Positions 41,632 to 51,712 of a stretch of 64,000 nucleotides of DNA are shown piece by piece (position 1 is the first letter of the stretch; each line of letters begins with the position of its first letter). Where the stretch lies: the NCBI GenBank assembly GCA_902527545.1, contig CABZPR010000002.1:74407-138406 (forward strand). The letters run 5' to 3'. A program made the translations under genes and the position numbers. The notes under the pieces were generated by a model that was given only the letters and a program-made list of their open reading frames with translations, made no database searches and was not told the DNA's origin. The DNA is from an uncultured Alphaproteobacteria bacterium. GTDB taxonomy: Bacteria > Pseudomonadota > Alphaproteobacteria > HIMB59.

Positions 41632-42747
41632 ATGATAATAGGCGCAGTTAAAGAAAAAAAAAAGTTTGAGAATAGAGTTTCTATTTCTCCTGATGATGTA
41701 AAAAACTATGTTAAAGCTGGTCACCAAGTATTTATTGAAAAGGGGGCAGGTTCACTTTCAGGTTTTAATGATAAATCGTATAAAGAGTCTGGAGCGACTC
41801 TGTCTACTTCAAAAGAAGTTTTTAAGAATTCTGATATTATTTTAAAAATAAATTGCCCAACCCCAGATGAATCTAAATTAATAAAAAATAATTCTATGGT
41901 TATTTCTCAAATAAGTATACAGAACAACCAAGACAGTATTAAAATTTTAAATTCTAAAAAAATATCAGCGTTTGCTTTAGAACTAGTCCCAAGAATTACT
42001 CGAGCTCAAGATATGGATATTTTGTCCTCTCAAGCTAATTTAGCAGGGTATCATGCGGTTATAGATGCTGCTCAAGAATTTAACAGAGTATTACCATTAT
42101 TTATGACTGCTGCTGGTAAAGTTACTCCAGCAAATGTTTTAGTCATAGGTGCAGGTGTTGCAGGTTTACAAGCTATAGCAACTGCTAAACGATTAGGTGC
42201 TATTGTTTTTGCTACAGACGTAAGAATAGCCTCAAAAGAGCAAGTTGAGAGTCTTGGTGGTAAATTTGTTATGGTCGAGGATGAGGAGTCTAAGAATGCT
42301 GAAACGAAGGGTGGTTATGCAAAAGAAATGAGTGCAGAGTACCAAAAAAAACAAGAGGCTTTATTGGCAGAAACTTTAAAGACAATGGATATTGTAATAT
42401 GTACTGCTCAAATACCAGGAAGAAAAGCACCTTTAATTTTGAAAAAAGAAATGTTGGAGAACATGCAAAATGGTTCAGTTATTGTTGATCTAGCTGTAGA
42501 GTCAGGAGGGAACTGCGAATTTAGCCAAGTTGGAAAAGTCGTTTCAAAAAATGGTCTTAAGATTGTAGGTCATGCCAACGTTCCTGGCAGAGTAGCAAAT
42601 AATGCCTCAAGCCTTTTTTCAAAAAATATTTCTAACTTTTTAAAATTAATGAACTTTGAAGATAAGAAAAAATCTATGATTAATAAAAGTGATGAAATTA
42701 TTAAAGCTACAATGATTTGCTCAGCTGGAAAGATTTTAATAAAATAA
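41632..42747 (+). CDS. pntAA: NAD(P) transhydrogenase subunit alpha, part 1
   Basis: PRITRAQDMD, GAGVAGLQA, DLAVESGGNC. Confidence 0.96.
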   Translation: MIIGAVKEKKKFENRVSISPDDVKNYVKAGHQVFIEKGAGSLSGFNDKSYKESGATLSTSKEVFKNSDIILKINCPTPDESKLIKNNSMVISQISIQNNQDSIKILNSKKISAFALELVPRITRAQDMDILSSQANLAGYHAVIDAAQEFNRVLPLFMTAAGKVTPANVLVIGAGVAGLQAIATAKRLGAIVFATDVRIASKEQVESLGGKFVMVEDEESKNAETKGGYAKEMSAEYQKKQEALLAETLKTMDIVICTAQIPGRKAPLILKKEMLENMQNGSVIVDLAVESGGNCEFSQVGKVVSKNGLKIVGHANVPGRVANNASSLFSKNISNFLKLMNFEDKKKSMINKSDEIIKATMICSAGKILIK

Positions 42748-42759
42748 AAAGGAGTTACT

Positions 42760-43149
42760 ATGTCAGAAATTTCAAATCAATTAGAAAGTTTATCATACAA
42801 AGCACAACAAATTGCAAATGAAGCAAGCCAGTTAGCATCTAGTGTGGCCGAAACATCTGGAGGCCATAGTGACTTTATTATTTTTGGTATAACTGTTTTG
42901 GTATTGGCTTGTTTTGTAGGTTATTATGTAGTTTGGTCGGTTACACCAGCTTTACACAGTCCTTTAATGGGTGTCACAAACGCTATTTCGTCCGTAATTA
43001 TTGTTGGAGCTTTATTGGCCGCAGGTCCTGTTGATAGTAACATTTCTAAATATTTTGGTTTAGTTGCTGTAACTCTTGCTGCTGTTAACATATTTGGGGG
43101 GTTCGTTGTAACAAATCGAATGCTCTCCATGTTTAAAAAGAAACAATAG
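42760..43149 (+). CDS. pntAB: NAD(P) transhydrogenase subunit alpha, part 2
   Basis: [18 protein letters not shown]; AGGAG RBS upstream. Confidence 0.96.
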   Translation: MSEISNQLESLSYKAQQIANEASQLASSVAETSGGHSDFIIFGITVLVLACFVGYYVVWSVTPALHSPLMGVTNAISSVIIVGALLAAGPVDSNISKYFGLVAVTLAAVNIFGGFVVTNRMLSMFKKKQ

Positions 43150-43156
43150 GTAAAAA

Positions 43157-44548
43157 ATGTCAACTTTAACAACTGCAGCATATTTAGTTTCATCGGTTTT
43201 ATTTATACTTTCTCTTAGAGGGTTATCACATCCCTCCACTGCAAGGAGAGGAAATTTTTTAGGAATTTTAGGGATGACTATAGCCATAGTCACAACACTG
43301 TCCAATCCTGGTGTGCTTAGCTATAAAGAAATTGGAATAGCTTTTTTAATAGGTGGTTTGATTGGAACATCCATCGCAGTTAAAATTCAAATGACTGCAC
43401 TACCACAATTAGTTGCTGCTTTCCATAGCTTGGTAGGATTAGCTGCTGTGTTTGTTGCTGCCTCTGCATATTACAATCCTAGTGCCTTTAATATAGGTAC
43501 TGTTGGATCTATTCCGATGGGAAGTTTAATAGAAATGTCAATTGGAACAGCAATAGGTGCTGTGACGTTTACAGGATCTATTATAGCTTTTGGAAAACTC
43601 CAAGGTTTTGTCTCAGGAAATCCTTTAGTCTTCAAAGGTCAACATTTTATTAATTTACTTTTGGGTTTAGGAATTATTGCTTTAATTGTTAAGTTTTGCA
43701 TCGATCAAAACCAAGAATTATTTTGGCTTATCGTATTTGCCTCATTTGTTATCGGGGTCCTATTAATTGTTCCAATAGGAGGAGCGGATATGCCCGTTAT
43801 TGTTTCAATGTTAAACTCATATTCTGGATGGGCCGCTGCTGGAATTGGTTTTACTTTATCCAACAACTTATTGATTATTACCGGCGCCCTTGTTGGGTCA
43901 TCAGGAGCTATCTTGAGTTACATAATGTGCAAGGGAATGAATAGATCTTTCTTAAACGTTTTACTTGGAGGATTTGGTGGTGAACAAGCAGCTAGTGCTG
44001 GCGGAGTCAAAGATGATCGTCAAGCAAAACAAGGTAACGCTGCTGATGCTGCTTTTATGATGAAAAATAGCAAAACAATAATCATAGTTCCTGGTTACGG
44101 AATGGCTGTGGCTCAAGCACAACACGCACTGAGAGAGATGGGTGATTTACTTAAAGCTGCAGGTGCAGAAGTAAGATACGCAATCCATCCTGTAGCTGGT
44201 AGAATGCCGGGACACATGAATGTGTTACTTGCAGAAGCAAATGTTCCCTATGATGAAGTTCTAGAACTCGATGAAATTAATAGAGATTTCTCTGAGACTG
44301 ATGTTGCATTTGTGATTGGTGCTAATGATGTAACTAACCCGGCTGCAAAAACTGATAAGACTAGTGCCATTTATGGTATGCCTATTTTAGATGTAGAAAA
44401 TGCTGGACAAGTATTTTTCGTTAAAAGAGGTATGGCTAGTGGATATGCAGGTGTTCAAAATGAATTATTTTTCCGAGACAACACCTTGATGTTATTTGGA
44501 GATGCTAAGAAAGTTTGTGAAGATATAATTAAAGGACTGGAGAATTAG
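43157..44548 (+). CDS. pntB: NAD(P) transhydrogenase subunit beta
   Basis: [31 protein letters not shown]. Confidence 0.97.
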   Translation: MSTLTTAAYLVSSVLFILSLRGLSHPSTARRGNFLGILGMTIAIVTTLSNPGVLSYKEIGIAFLIGGLIGTSIAVKIQMTALPQLVAAFHSLVGLAAVFVAASAYYNPSAFNIGTVGSIPMGSLIEMSIGTAIGAVTFTGSIIAFGKLQGFVSGNPLVFKGQHFINLLLGLGIIALIVKFCIDQNQELFWLIVFASFVIGVLLIVPIGGADMPVIVSMLNSYSGWAAAGIGFTLSNNLLIITGALVGSSGAILSYIMCKGMNRSFLNVLLGGFGGEQAASAGGVKDDRQAKQGNAADAAFMMKNSKTIIIVPGYGMAVAQAQHALREMGDLLKAAGAEVRYAIHPVAGRMPGHMNVLLAEANVPYDEVLELDEINRDFSETDVAFVIGANDVTNPAAKTDKTSAIYGMPILDVENAGQVFFVKRGMASGYAGVQNELFFRDNTLMLFGDAKKVCEDIIKGLEN

Positions 44549-44745
44549 TCAAATTTCTTCTTACGCATAAGTTTTTTAAATCTTTTAATTGATTCGGCTT
44601 TTTCACGAAGTTTTCTTTCTGATGGTTTTTCATAATTTTTTCTTAACTTTAATTCTTTGAAAATACCCTCTCTTAAAAGCTTTTTTTTGAGTACGCGTAT
44701 AGCAGCCTCAACATTATTATCTCTGACTTGAACTTCTATTGCCAA
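44545..44745 (-). CDS. rpsU: 30S ribosomal protein S21
   Basis: [18 protein letters not shown]...YEKPSE; TTG start at 44745 with GAGG RBS 8 nt upstream gives 66 aa. Confidence 0.93.
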   Translation of the reverse strand: MAIEVQVRDNNVEAAIRVLKKKLLREGIFKELKLRKNYEKPSERKLREKAESIKRFKKLMRKKKFD

Positions 44746-44782
44746 TCTAGTAACCTCATGAAGGCGTAATTTATATATAAAT

Positions 44783-45409
44783 ATGAAGTCAAAGCAAGAA
44801 AAATTAGCTAACTTATTTATTAATGAAGTTCCTAAATTTGGTTGGTCCAGAGAAACTCTCTTACAATGCGCAAAAAAGCAAAGAATATCAACATCCGCTC
44901 TAGCAAAATTATTTCCATCTTTTGAATATGATGTCTTAAAATTCATAATTGCTCAAAATAACATTCAAGTTGAGAAGAACTACAACTCTTTCAACAACTC
45001 ACGATTAAAAACTAGAGATAAAATTAAAACAATCATGGAGCTAAAATTTGAAAATAACAGCCATCTCAAAAAAGCATTACCTGAAATGCTAAAATTTCTT
45101 TTGAGACCTGGTAACATATTAATGTCTATTAAAATGCTTCACGAAAATAGTGACTTTATATGGAGTTTATCAGGTGATAAATCAAATGATTTTAGTTACT
45201 ATTCAAAGCGAGGTTTACTTTCAATGATTTATCTCGCCACATTAATTTATTGGCTTAACGATAAGTCAGAAAAAGATATTGCTACCAAAAACTTTATCAG
45301 CAAATCAGTTGATGGAATAGTTGATGGAGTTTCAAGACTTAAACAATTAAGTTTACTCAAAGGCTTAGCTGAAAATTTTATGTCTAGGTATGCTAAAAAG
45401 ACATCTTAA
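44783..45409 (+). CDS. COQ9 family protein (rpsU-divergent)
   Basis: [33 protein letters not shown]; divergent from rpsU. Confidence 0.9.
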   Translation: MKSKQEKLANLFINEVPKFGWSRETLLQCAKKQRISTSALAKLFPSFEYDVLKFIIAQNNIQVEKNYNSFNNSRLKTRDKIKTIMELKFENNSHLKKALPEMLKFLLRPGNILMSIKMLHENSDFIWSLSGDKSNDFSYYSKRGLLSMIYLATLIYWLNDKSEKDIATKNFISKSVDGIVDGVSRLKQLSLLKGLAENFMSRYAKKTS

Positions 45410-45503
45410 ATTTCCTTTAAAACATTTAATAAATCTCCAAAAAGTATAAAAATTTATTCTCATTTAAATTTTAAATTTATTTTTGTTAATAGAAAGGCAC
45501 ATA

Positions 45504-45935
45504 ATGAATAAAATTTTTATTACTTTGATTTTTACGATTTTTTCATCATTAGCTTTTGCAAATGGACATATGCAGCCAAACTCTTTTGCTGTAACTTTAA
45601 AAGTTCCATCTGCAGATGTAGAGAAAGTTGAATCTATCTTACAAAGCCATCATCAGTTTATGCATGATAAACATCCTTTATCTGGTGATGATAGATTAAA
45701 CTCTTATTCTATCGTTAAAGGTTTTGAGCCTGTAGATTTAACTGACCCTTCGAAAGGTGTTACCGATAATGTCTTTTATTTTTTAAGCGAGCATTATCAA
45801 ACTCCAGTTGGCTTGCAGCTTCATGGACAAGCATCTGAGACTTGGGAGGATGTACAAGAGTTTAGATCGATAATATATCAGTATGGTATCGCAATTGCTT
45901 TTCCAGGCGAAGTCATAGCTAAGATGAATCGCTAA
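45504..45935 (+). CDS. Hypothetical exported protein
   Basis: ATG 45504 after AAAGG; Sec-type signal peptide ending AFA; His-rich mature region. Confidence 0.75.
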   Translation: MNKIFITLIFTIFSSLAFANGHMQPNSFAVTLKVPSADVEKVESILQSHHQFMHDKHPLSGDDRLNSYSIVKGFEPVDLTDPSKGVTDNVFYFLSEHYQTPVGLQLHGQASETWEDVQEFRSIIYQYGIAIAFPGEVIAKMNR

Positions 45936-45951
45936 GAAAAAATAATAAATA

Positions 45952-45977
45952 CTCGCGGTTATTAATTTAGCCGCGAG
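45952..45977. terminator. GC-rich hairpin, terminator-like (U-tract on the minus strand)
   Basis: CTCGCGGTTA-TTAATT-TAGCCGCGAG, flanked by A-rich tracts on the + strand. Confidence 0.65.
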
Positions 45978-46038
45978 AAAATAAAACCTCTTCAGGAACT
46001 CATCAAATACATTATAATAAACAATAATTGGAGGACTG

Positions 46039-47427
46039 ATGAGTATTCAAAAAACAATTACACCCATAAATAATACTATTTATTTAGAGAGAGAATTAGC
46101 CTCAGATAGTAAAATTAATTCAGTCATAGATAAAGCCTCAACAAGTTTTGAAATTTGGAAAAACACATCTCTTGATGACCGAATTAATATTGTTAATAAA
46201 TTTATTGATAACTTAATCGCTCTCAAAGATGAAATATCAAAGGAAATTTGTTGGCAAATTGGAAGGCCCATATCTCAATGTGCAGGAGAATTAAGAGGCT
46301 TTGAAGAGCGCTCAAGACACATGGTAGATATTGCTAAAGACTCATTACAAAATCTTCCAGCCACTCAAAACGAAGAATTTGACAACTATATATACAAAAC
46401 ACCTCTTGGGGTGATTTTTGTAATGGCCCCATGGAATTATCCGATTATTACTGCAACTAACACAATTGTTCCTGCTATAATTTCAGGTAATAGTTTAATT
46501 TTAAAACATTCATCTCAAACACCAAGATGTGCAGAACTAATTTTTCAAGCTTTCGAAAATACTGGGATACCTGAAGGTGTTTTCCAGTTTATTCATACTG
46601 ATCATAAAGCTTGTGAAAAAATAATCTCTGACTCAAGAATAGCTCATGTTGTTTTCACTGGCTCTGTTAGAGGAGGGCAGGAGGTAAAAAAATATATAGG
46701 AACGCGATTTATTAATGCTGGTCTTGAATTAGGAGGAAAAGACCCTGCCTACGTTAGAGCTGATGCTGACTTAAACCATGCAATTGAAAATCTTGCTGAT
46801 GGAGCTCTCTTTAATTCTGGTCAATCTTGTTGTGGGATTGAAAGAATTTATGTTGATAAGATAATATATAAAGAATTTATTGATGGCTTTAAAAGTATTA
46901 CTGAAAATTATAACTTAAACGACCCATCAAAATCAGATACTAATTTAGGCCCTGTTGTGAGACAGTCAGCTGCTAATTTTATTAGAGCTCAAATGAATGA
47001 GGCAGAGAGTAGCGGAGCAAAACGTCTTATTGATGAGAGTAAATTTACTATATCTAAAGATGATAATTGTTATGTTTGTCCTCAAGTAATGGTTGATGTT
47101 AATCATAATATGAGATTTATGATGGAGGAAACATTTGGACCAGCTGTTGGAATTATGCCAGTAAGTGATGAAGACGAAGCTAAAAAACTTATGAACGATA
47201 GCCCATACGGTCTAACAGCGTCTGTTTGGACAAAAGATATTGAATTTGCTAGAGTTTTTGGAAAATCGATTGAGACTGGAACCTTTTTTATGAATAGATG
47301 TGATTATTTAGACCCTGCTCTTGCATGGACCGGCGTCAAAGACACAGGTATGGGATGTTCACTTTCTGTTTTGGCTTTTGATCAATTCACTCGACCACAA
47401 AGTTTTCATATGAGAAAATTGGGATAG
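46039..47427 (+). CDS. NAD(P)-dependent aldehyde dehydrogenase
   Basis: PWNYP, FTGS, LELGGKDP, NSGQSCC, EETFGP; GGAGG RBS. Confidence 0.95.
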   Translation: MSIQKTITPINNTIYLERELASDSKINSVIDKASTSFEIWKNTSLDDRINIVNKFIDNLIALKDEISKEICWQIGRPISQCAGELRGFEERSRHMVDIAKDSLQNLPATQNEEFDNYIYKTPLGVIFVMAPWNYPIITATNTIVPAIISGNSLILKHSSQTPRCAELIFQAFENTGIPEGVFQFIHTDHKACEKIISDSRIAHVVFTGSVRGGQEVKKYIGTRFINAGLELGGKDPAYVRADADLNHAIENLADGALFNSGQSCCGIERIYVDKIIYKEFIDGFKSITENYNLNDPSKSDTNLGPVVRQSAANFIRAQMNEAESSGAKRLIDESKFTISKDDNCYVCPQVMVDVNHNMRFMMEETFGPAVGIMPVSDEDEAKKLMNDSPYGLTASVWTKDIEFARVFGKSIETGTFFMNRCDYLDPALAWTGVKDTGMGCSLSVLAFDQFTRPQSFHMRKLG

Positions 47428-47435
47428 AATTATTA

Positions 47436-48797
47436 ATGTCAATTAGTTTTAAAGAATTAAAAGCAAAAATTTTATCTAAAGAGATTGATACGGTATTGGT
47501 TTCTTTGTCTGATATGCAGGGAAGATTGGTCGGTAAAAGAGTTACTGGAAAAGCATTTCTTGATTATGTCCATAAAGAAACACATTTTTGTAATTACCTT
47601 TATACAGTTGATTTCGATATGTACACCGTCCCTGGTTTCAAGTCGTCATCTTGGGATACAGGTTATGGAGATATGACAGTAATCCCTGATCAAAATACAA
47701 TTAAAATCTTACCATGGTTAGAAAAAACAGCATTGATACTTGGTGATGCATTTGAGCATGATGGAGTTACACCACTAAATCATTCAACGAGAGAAATTTT
47801 AAAACAAGCAATACTAAAAGCAAATAAGATGGGCTTTGAACCAATGATAGGCTCAGAATTAGAATTTTTTCTTTTTAAACAAACTTATGAAGAAATACAT
47901 GAAAATAATTATAAAAATTTAAAAGAGACATCTTGGTATATTGAAGATTATATGATTTTTCAAACCTCCAAGGAGGAGGGCTTTAATCAAGAGCTTAGAA
48001 ACAGTTTAATGGAGTCAGGCGTTTATGTTGAATGCACAAAAGGCGAAGCCGCACCTGGACAACAAGAAATAAATGTTGTTTACACTGATGCTCTTAATAT
48101 GGCAGACAATCACATACTAATAAAAAATGCTGTAAAAGAGATAGCATACAAAAATAACAGAGCTGCAAGTTTCATGGCAAAATATAATAAAGATGTTTGT
48201 GGAAGTTCATGTCATATTCACAACTCCTTATTTGGCACTAAATCAAAGAAAAATATTTTTTATGATGCTAAAGACTCTTTGGGTATGTCAAAAATTTTTA
48301 AAAGTTATGTTGCTGGACAAATTCTTTTTTTAAGAGATTTGTCAATTTTCCTTGCACCTAATGTAAATTCTTATAAACGTTTTCAGGAGGGTTCATTTGC
48401 ACCTACAACTGCAGCATGGGGACTGGATAATAGAACGGCTGGATTTAGGTTAGCTGGTCATGGAAATTCTATTCGAATTGAGTGCCGTGTACCAGGTGCT
48501 GATGTAAACCCCTACTTGGCATTTTCAGGTCTTATTTTAGCTGGGCTATATGGAATTGAAAATAATCTTAAGTTAGAGGATCCATTAAAAGGAAATATAT
48601 ACCAGAATAAAAAAGCTAAAATTGTTCCAGGAACATTAAGAGAAGCAATAGAAATAGCCAAAAAATCTAAATTATTACCAAAGATTTTCTTACCAGATGT
48701 TTTAGAACATTATATTCACTCTGCTCAATGGGAGCAATCTGAGTATGACAAGTCTGTAAATGACTGGGAACATAAAAGGTATTTTGAGAGAGGATAA
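47436..48797 (+). CDS. Glutamine synthetase-like gamma-glutamyl-amide ligase
   Basis: ELEFFLF, EAAPGQQE, GSSCHIHNS, NSYKRF, DNRT, RIECR; flap region reads GSFAP rather than the GYEAP of true GlnA. Confidence 0.9.
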   Translation: MSISFKELKAKILSKEIDTVLVSLSDMQGRLVGKRVTGKAFLDYVHKETHFCNYLYTVDFDMYTVPGFKSSSWDTGYGDMTVIPDQNTIKILPWLEKTALILGDAFEHDGVTPLNHSTREILKQAILKANKMGFEPMIGSELEFFLFKQTYEEIHENNYKNLKETSWYIEDYMIFQTSKEEGFNQELRNSLMESGVYVECTKGEAAPGQQEINVVYTDALNMADNHILIKNAVKEIAYKNNRAASFMAKYNKDVCGSSCHIHNSLFGTKSKKNIFYDAKDSLGMSKIFKSYVAGQILFLRDLSIFLAPNVNSYKRFQEGSFAPTTAAWGLDNRTAGFRLAGHGNSIRIECRVPGADVNPYLAFSGLILAGLYGIENNLKLEDPLKGNIYQNKKAKIVPGTLREAIEIAKKSKLLPKIFLPDVLEHYIHSAQWEQSEYDKSVNDWEHKRYFERG

Positions 48798-48816
48798 TTT
48801 TAAATAAGGAGAAAAT

Positions 48817-49956
48817 ATGCAGAACATGAATTGGAATTACCCAACAACTATTTGGTTTGGTGAAAATAGATATAAAGATATACAAGAGGCTTGCAGTTCA
48901 ATAAATATTCAAAATCCATTAATAGTCACTGATCCTGGATTGCTAAATACTGACTTAATAGAAAAATTAAATAAAAGTTTAAAATCTCAAACAAAAGTTT
49001 ATTCAGATGTCCAGGGTAACCCAACAGGTTCCAATGTGACTAATGGTGTTAAAGTTTTATTAGAAGGCGATCATGATGGTGTTATAGCTATTGGTGGAGG
49101 TTCGGCGATGGATGTTGGAAAAGGAATAGCTTTTTTAGCTCATCAAACTAAACCATTGTGGGATTTTGAGGATATTGGTGATCTTTGGATGAAAGCTGAC
49201 TCAAAATCTATATTGCCAATAATTGCATTACCTACAACTGCTGGAACTGGTTCAGAGGTTGGTCGAGCTGCAGTTTTTTTAAATGAGGAAACAAAGAAGA
49301 AAAAAATTATATTTCATCCTAAAATGCTACCACAAATAGCTATCCTAGACCCTATTTTATCCTTAGGCCTTCCTAAAAACGTTACTGCTGGCTCAGGTAT
49401 GGATGCTTTAGCACATTGTATTGAGGCATTTTCTTCTCCTTTTTATCATCCAATGGCTGAGGGAACTGCGGTTGAAGGAATAAGGTTAGTAAAAGAGAAT
49501 ATTCTAGACGTTTATAATGATGGAGGAAATGTGATAGCTAGAGCTAATATGCTTGTTGCGTCAATGATGGGTGCAGCTGCTTTCCAAAAAGGATTAGGAG
49601 CAATTCACTCTGTTACGCATCCTGTAAATTCTTTATACAATTCTCACCACGGCACTACAAATGGTACTGTTATGCCTTTTGTCCTTGAGTATAATCGATC
49701 AGCCATAGAGTCAAAATTTGACAGATTAGGTAAGTATATAAACATCAGCGGCGGCTTAGATGGAATAATTGATTGGGTAAATAAATTAAAAAAAGAGATG
49801 AATATTCCTCATAGCCTGCAAGACATGGGAGTAGAGTTGGGTGATGAGGAAAAATTATCAAAATTGGCTTTTGAAGATCCTAGCACTGGAGGTAATCCAT
49901 TACCTATGACAGTTGATAAATTCAAAGAGTTAATAAAAATTTGTATTTTAGGTTAA
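48817..49956 (+). CDS. Iron-containing alcohol dehydrogenase
   Basis: GGGSAMD, PTTAGTGSE, DALAHCIE, HS...HHG. Confidence 0.94.
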   Translation: MQNMNWNYPTTIWFGENRYKDIQEACSSINIQNPLIVTDPGLLNTDLIEKLNKSLKSQTKVYSDVQGNPTGSNVTNGVKVLLEGDHDGVIAIGGGSAMDVGKGIAFLAHQTKPLWDFEDIGDLWMKADSKSILPIIALPTTAGTGSEVGRAAVFLNEETKKKKIIFHPKMLPQIAILDPILSLGLPKNVTAGSGMDALAHCIEAFSSPFYHPMAEGTAVEGIRLVKENILDVYNDGGNVIARANMLVASMMGAAAFQKGLGAIHSVTHPVNSLYNSHHGTTNGTVMPFVLEYNRSAIESKFDRLGKYINISGGLDGIIDWVNKLKKEMNIPHSLQDMGVELGDEEKLSKLAFEDPSTGGNPLPMTVDKFKELIKICILG

Positions 49957-49960
49957 TAAA

Positions 49961-49980
49961 GTGTGGATAAAATTCTACAC
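49961..49980. terminator. Short hairpin after the Fe-ADH stop
   Basis: GTGTGGA-TAAAAT-TCTACAC (one G.U pair); no clear U-tract on the + strand. Confidence 0.3.
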
Positions 49981-50122
49981 AAATTAGTACTCTAAACATA
50001 AAAATCTATTGTTTGCATCGTTTTTTTTAAGGTTATTCATTTCAAACATAGATACCATAACCATATTCAACAACACTTAATTATCTAATACAATATAATC
50101 TAAGTTAGTGAGAGGAGGATGT

Positions 50123-51712
50123 ATGTCCAAAAAAATTAAATTTTCTAGAAGAAAGTTTATGAAATTTATGGCAAAGAGTGGTTTAGGTGCAGCTGCACTT
50201 ACTTCAGCTCCGATGCTAAATCATAATTTCTTATATAACTCTGCTTTCGCTGCATCCGGTAAACCACTTATTTTTGCAGCTGCGGAAGCTCTTACGGGTA
50301 ACTGGGACCCAACTACACACACAAATCTTGGTCAATTAATTTTTGAGAGCTATGTGTTTGGTTATTTAACAAGGTGTCCTATGAAACCTGAAAACCCTAC
50401 TCAATTAAATTTTGAGTTAGCCACTGAGGCAACTGAAATTGATAAGTTCACCCTTGAGTTTAAACTTCGAGACGGTGTAACTTTCCACAACGGTAAACCT
50501 TTTGGTGCTGAGGATGTTAAAGCAACCTATGAGTATGGTTCACAACCTGATAGACCTGCACAATGGTACCCGGGTCAAGTTGATGTAGAGGTAGTTGATA
50601 GACTTACTGTTAGAATTAAAACAGAAAAGTATGGTTATCCAGCTGGTCTATTCTATTACTTATCATCATTTCTACCAATATTATCTGCTGATGATGTAGC
50701 AAATCCTAACAACGCTGCATCAAGACCAAATGGTACAGGAGCTTTTAAATTTGTTGAACAGGATGGTGATAACACAATCATGGAAGCAAATGAAAATTTC
50801 TTCATGGGCAAACCTAAAATTCCAAGAGTTCAATATAATTTTGTAGGTGACACTGCTACACGAACACTTGGTCTTTTGTCAGGAGAGTATAATGTTACTG
50901 AAAGACTAGAACCAGAACAGGTTGATACAATAGTTGCTAACGGTGGATTTGCACTTAACCAAGCAGTCTCAACTGAGAACAAATATTTATGGTTTAGGTG
51001 CAGTAAACCTCCATTTAATGACATAAATATGAGAAAAGCAGTTGCTCATGCTATTGATAGAGAAGGCCTTTTGGATATCTTAGGTATTTCTGGTACTTAT
51101 ACAGGCTGTCACGTTTCACCGGTTAAGTTCGGATATACCGATGTTGAGGGTTTTCCTGAGTACAATCCTGATAAATGCCAAGAATATTTAGCAAAAGCAG
51201 GATTTCCTAAAGGTAAGGGATTGCCAGAGTTAGAGTACATTACTTCAGTAGGTTTCTATCCAAAAACAAAGGAATACGGTGAATACATTACAGCTCTTTT
51301 AAATGAGCAAGGTATTCCTGTAAAGCTTTCTGTTCTTGAGCTTGGAGCTTGGGGTAATAAACTTTATGACAGAGAAGGTGGTGGCCCAGGTCATATGATT
51401 GATTGTGGTTGGTGTACTGGCTCTCCAGAACCTGATCTCGTTATCAGAACACACTTTCATTCCTCATCAAAAAGAATAACAGGTATTGTAGATGCTGATA
51501 TAGACGCAGCACTTGATAAAGAAAGAAACGCACCAAGTGTTGGCGAAAGGGAGCAAATTCTCAAAACTGAGGTCATGCCTTTATTAGTAGATAAAATGCC
51601 GTCAGTCCCATTATTCGGATCAGTTTTTATCCACGCTATGGCTAATGATGTCAAAGATCTCTACATATACCCTAATGGTATGATGAGTGCTGAAACAGCA
51701 TCTATTGGCTAA
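50123..51712 (+). CDS. ABC transporter substrate-binding protein, family 5 (peptide/opine/nickel), Tat-exported
   Basis: AGGAGG RBS then ATG 50123; SRRKFMK twin-arginine signal; FKLRDGVTFHNGKPF, GTGAFKF, MRKAVAHAIDR. Confidence 0.93.
   Translation: MSKKIKFSRRKFMKFMAKSGLGAAALTSAPMLNHNFLYNSAFAASGKPLIFAAAEALTGNWDPTTHTNLGQLIFESYVFGYLTRCPMKPENPTQLNFELATEATEIDKFTLEFKLRDGVTFHNGKPFGAEDVKATYEYGSQPDRPAQWYPGQVDVEVVDRLTVRIKTEKYGYPAGLFYYLSSFLPILSADDVANPNNAASRPNGTGAFKFVEQDGDNTIMEANENFFMGKPKIPRVQYNFVGDTATRTLGLLSGEYNVTERLEPEQVDTIVANGGFALNQAVSTENKYLWFRCSKPPFNDINMRKAVAHAIDREGLLDILGISGTYTGCHVSPVKFGYTDVEGFPEYNPDKCQEYLAKAGFPKGKGLPELEYITSVGFYPKTKEYGEYITALLNEQGIPVKLSVLELGAWGNKLYDREGGGPGHMIDCGWCTGSPEPDLVIRTHFHSSSKRITGIVDADIDAALDKERNAPSVGEREQILKTEVMPLLVDKMPSVPLFGSVFIHAMANDVKDLYIYPNGMMSAETASIG

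Noticed and set aside
41632-43149. Split pntA as a possible pseudogene
   Set aside because: The PntAA/PntAB split is a normal arrangement in many alphaproteobacteria; both parts are intact and have RBSs.
44545-44946. 133-aa version of rpsU in the ORF track
   Set aside because: The extension overlaps the COQ9 gene on the other strand; TTG 44745 with an RBS gives a normal 66-aa S21.
47436-48797. Calling the GS-like gene glnA or puuA
   Set aside because: It lacks the GlnA ammonia-site flap motif; the substrate cannot be fixed from sequence and the neighbours favour an amino alcohol.
49962-49970. Perfect DnaA box (TGTGGATAA) suggesting a replication origin
   Set aside because: Single copy, forms one arm of a small hairpin, and there is no box cluster or origin-associated gene nearby.
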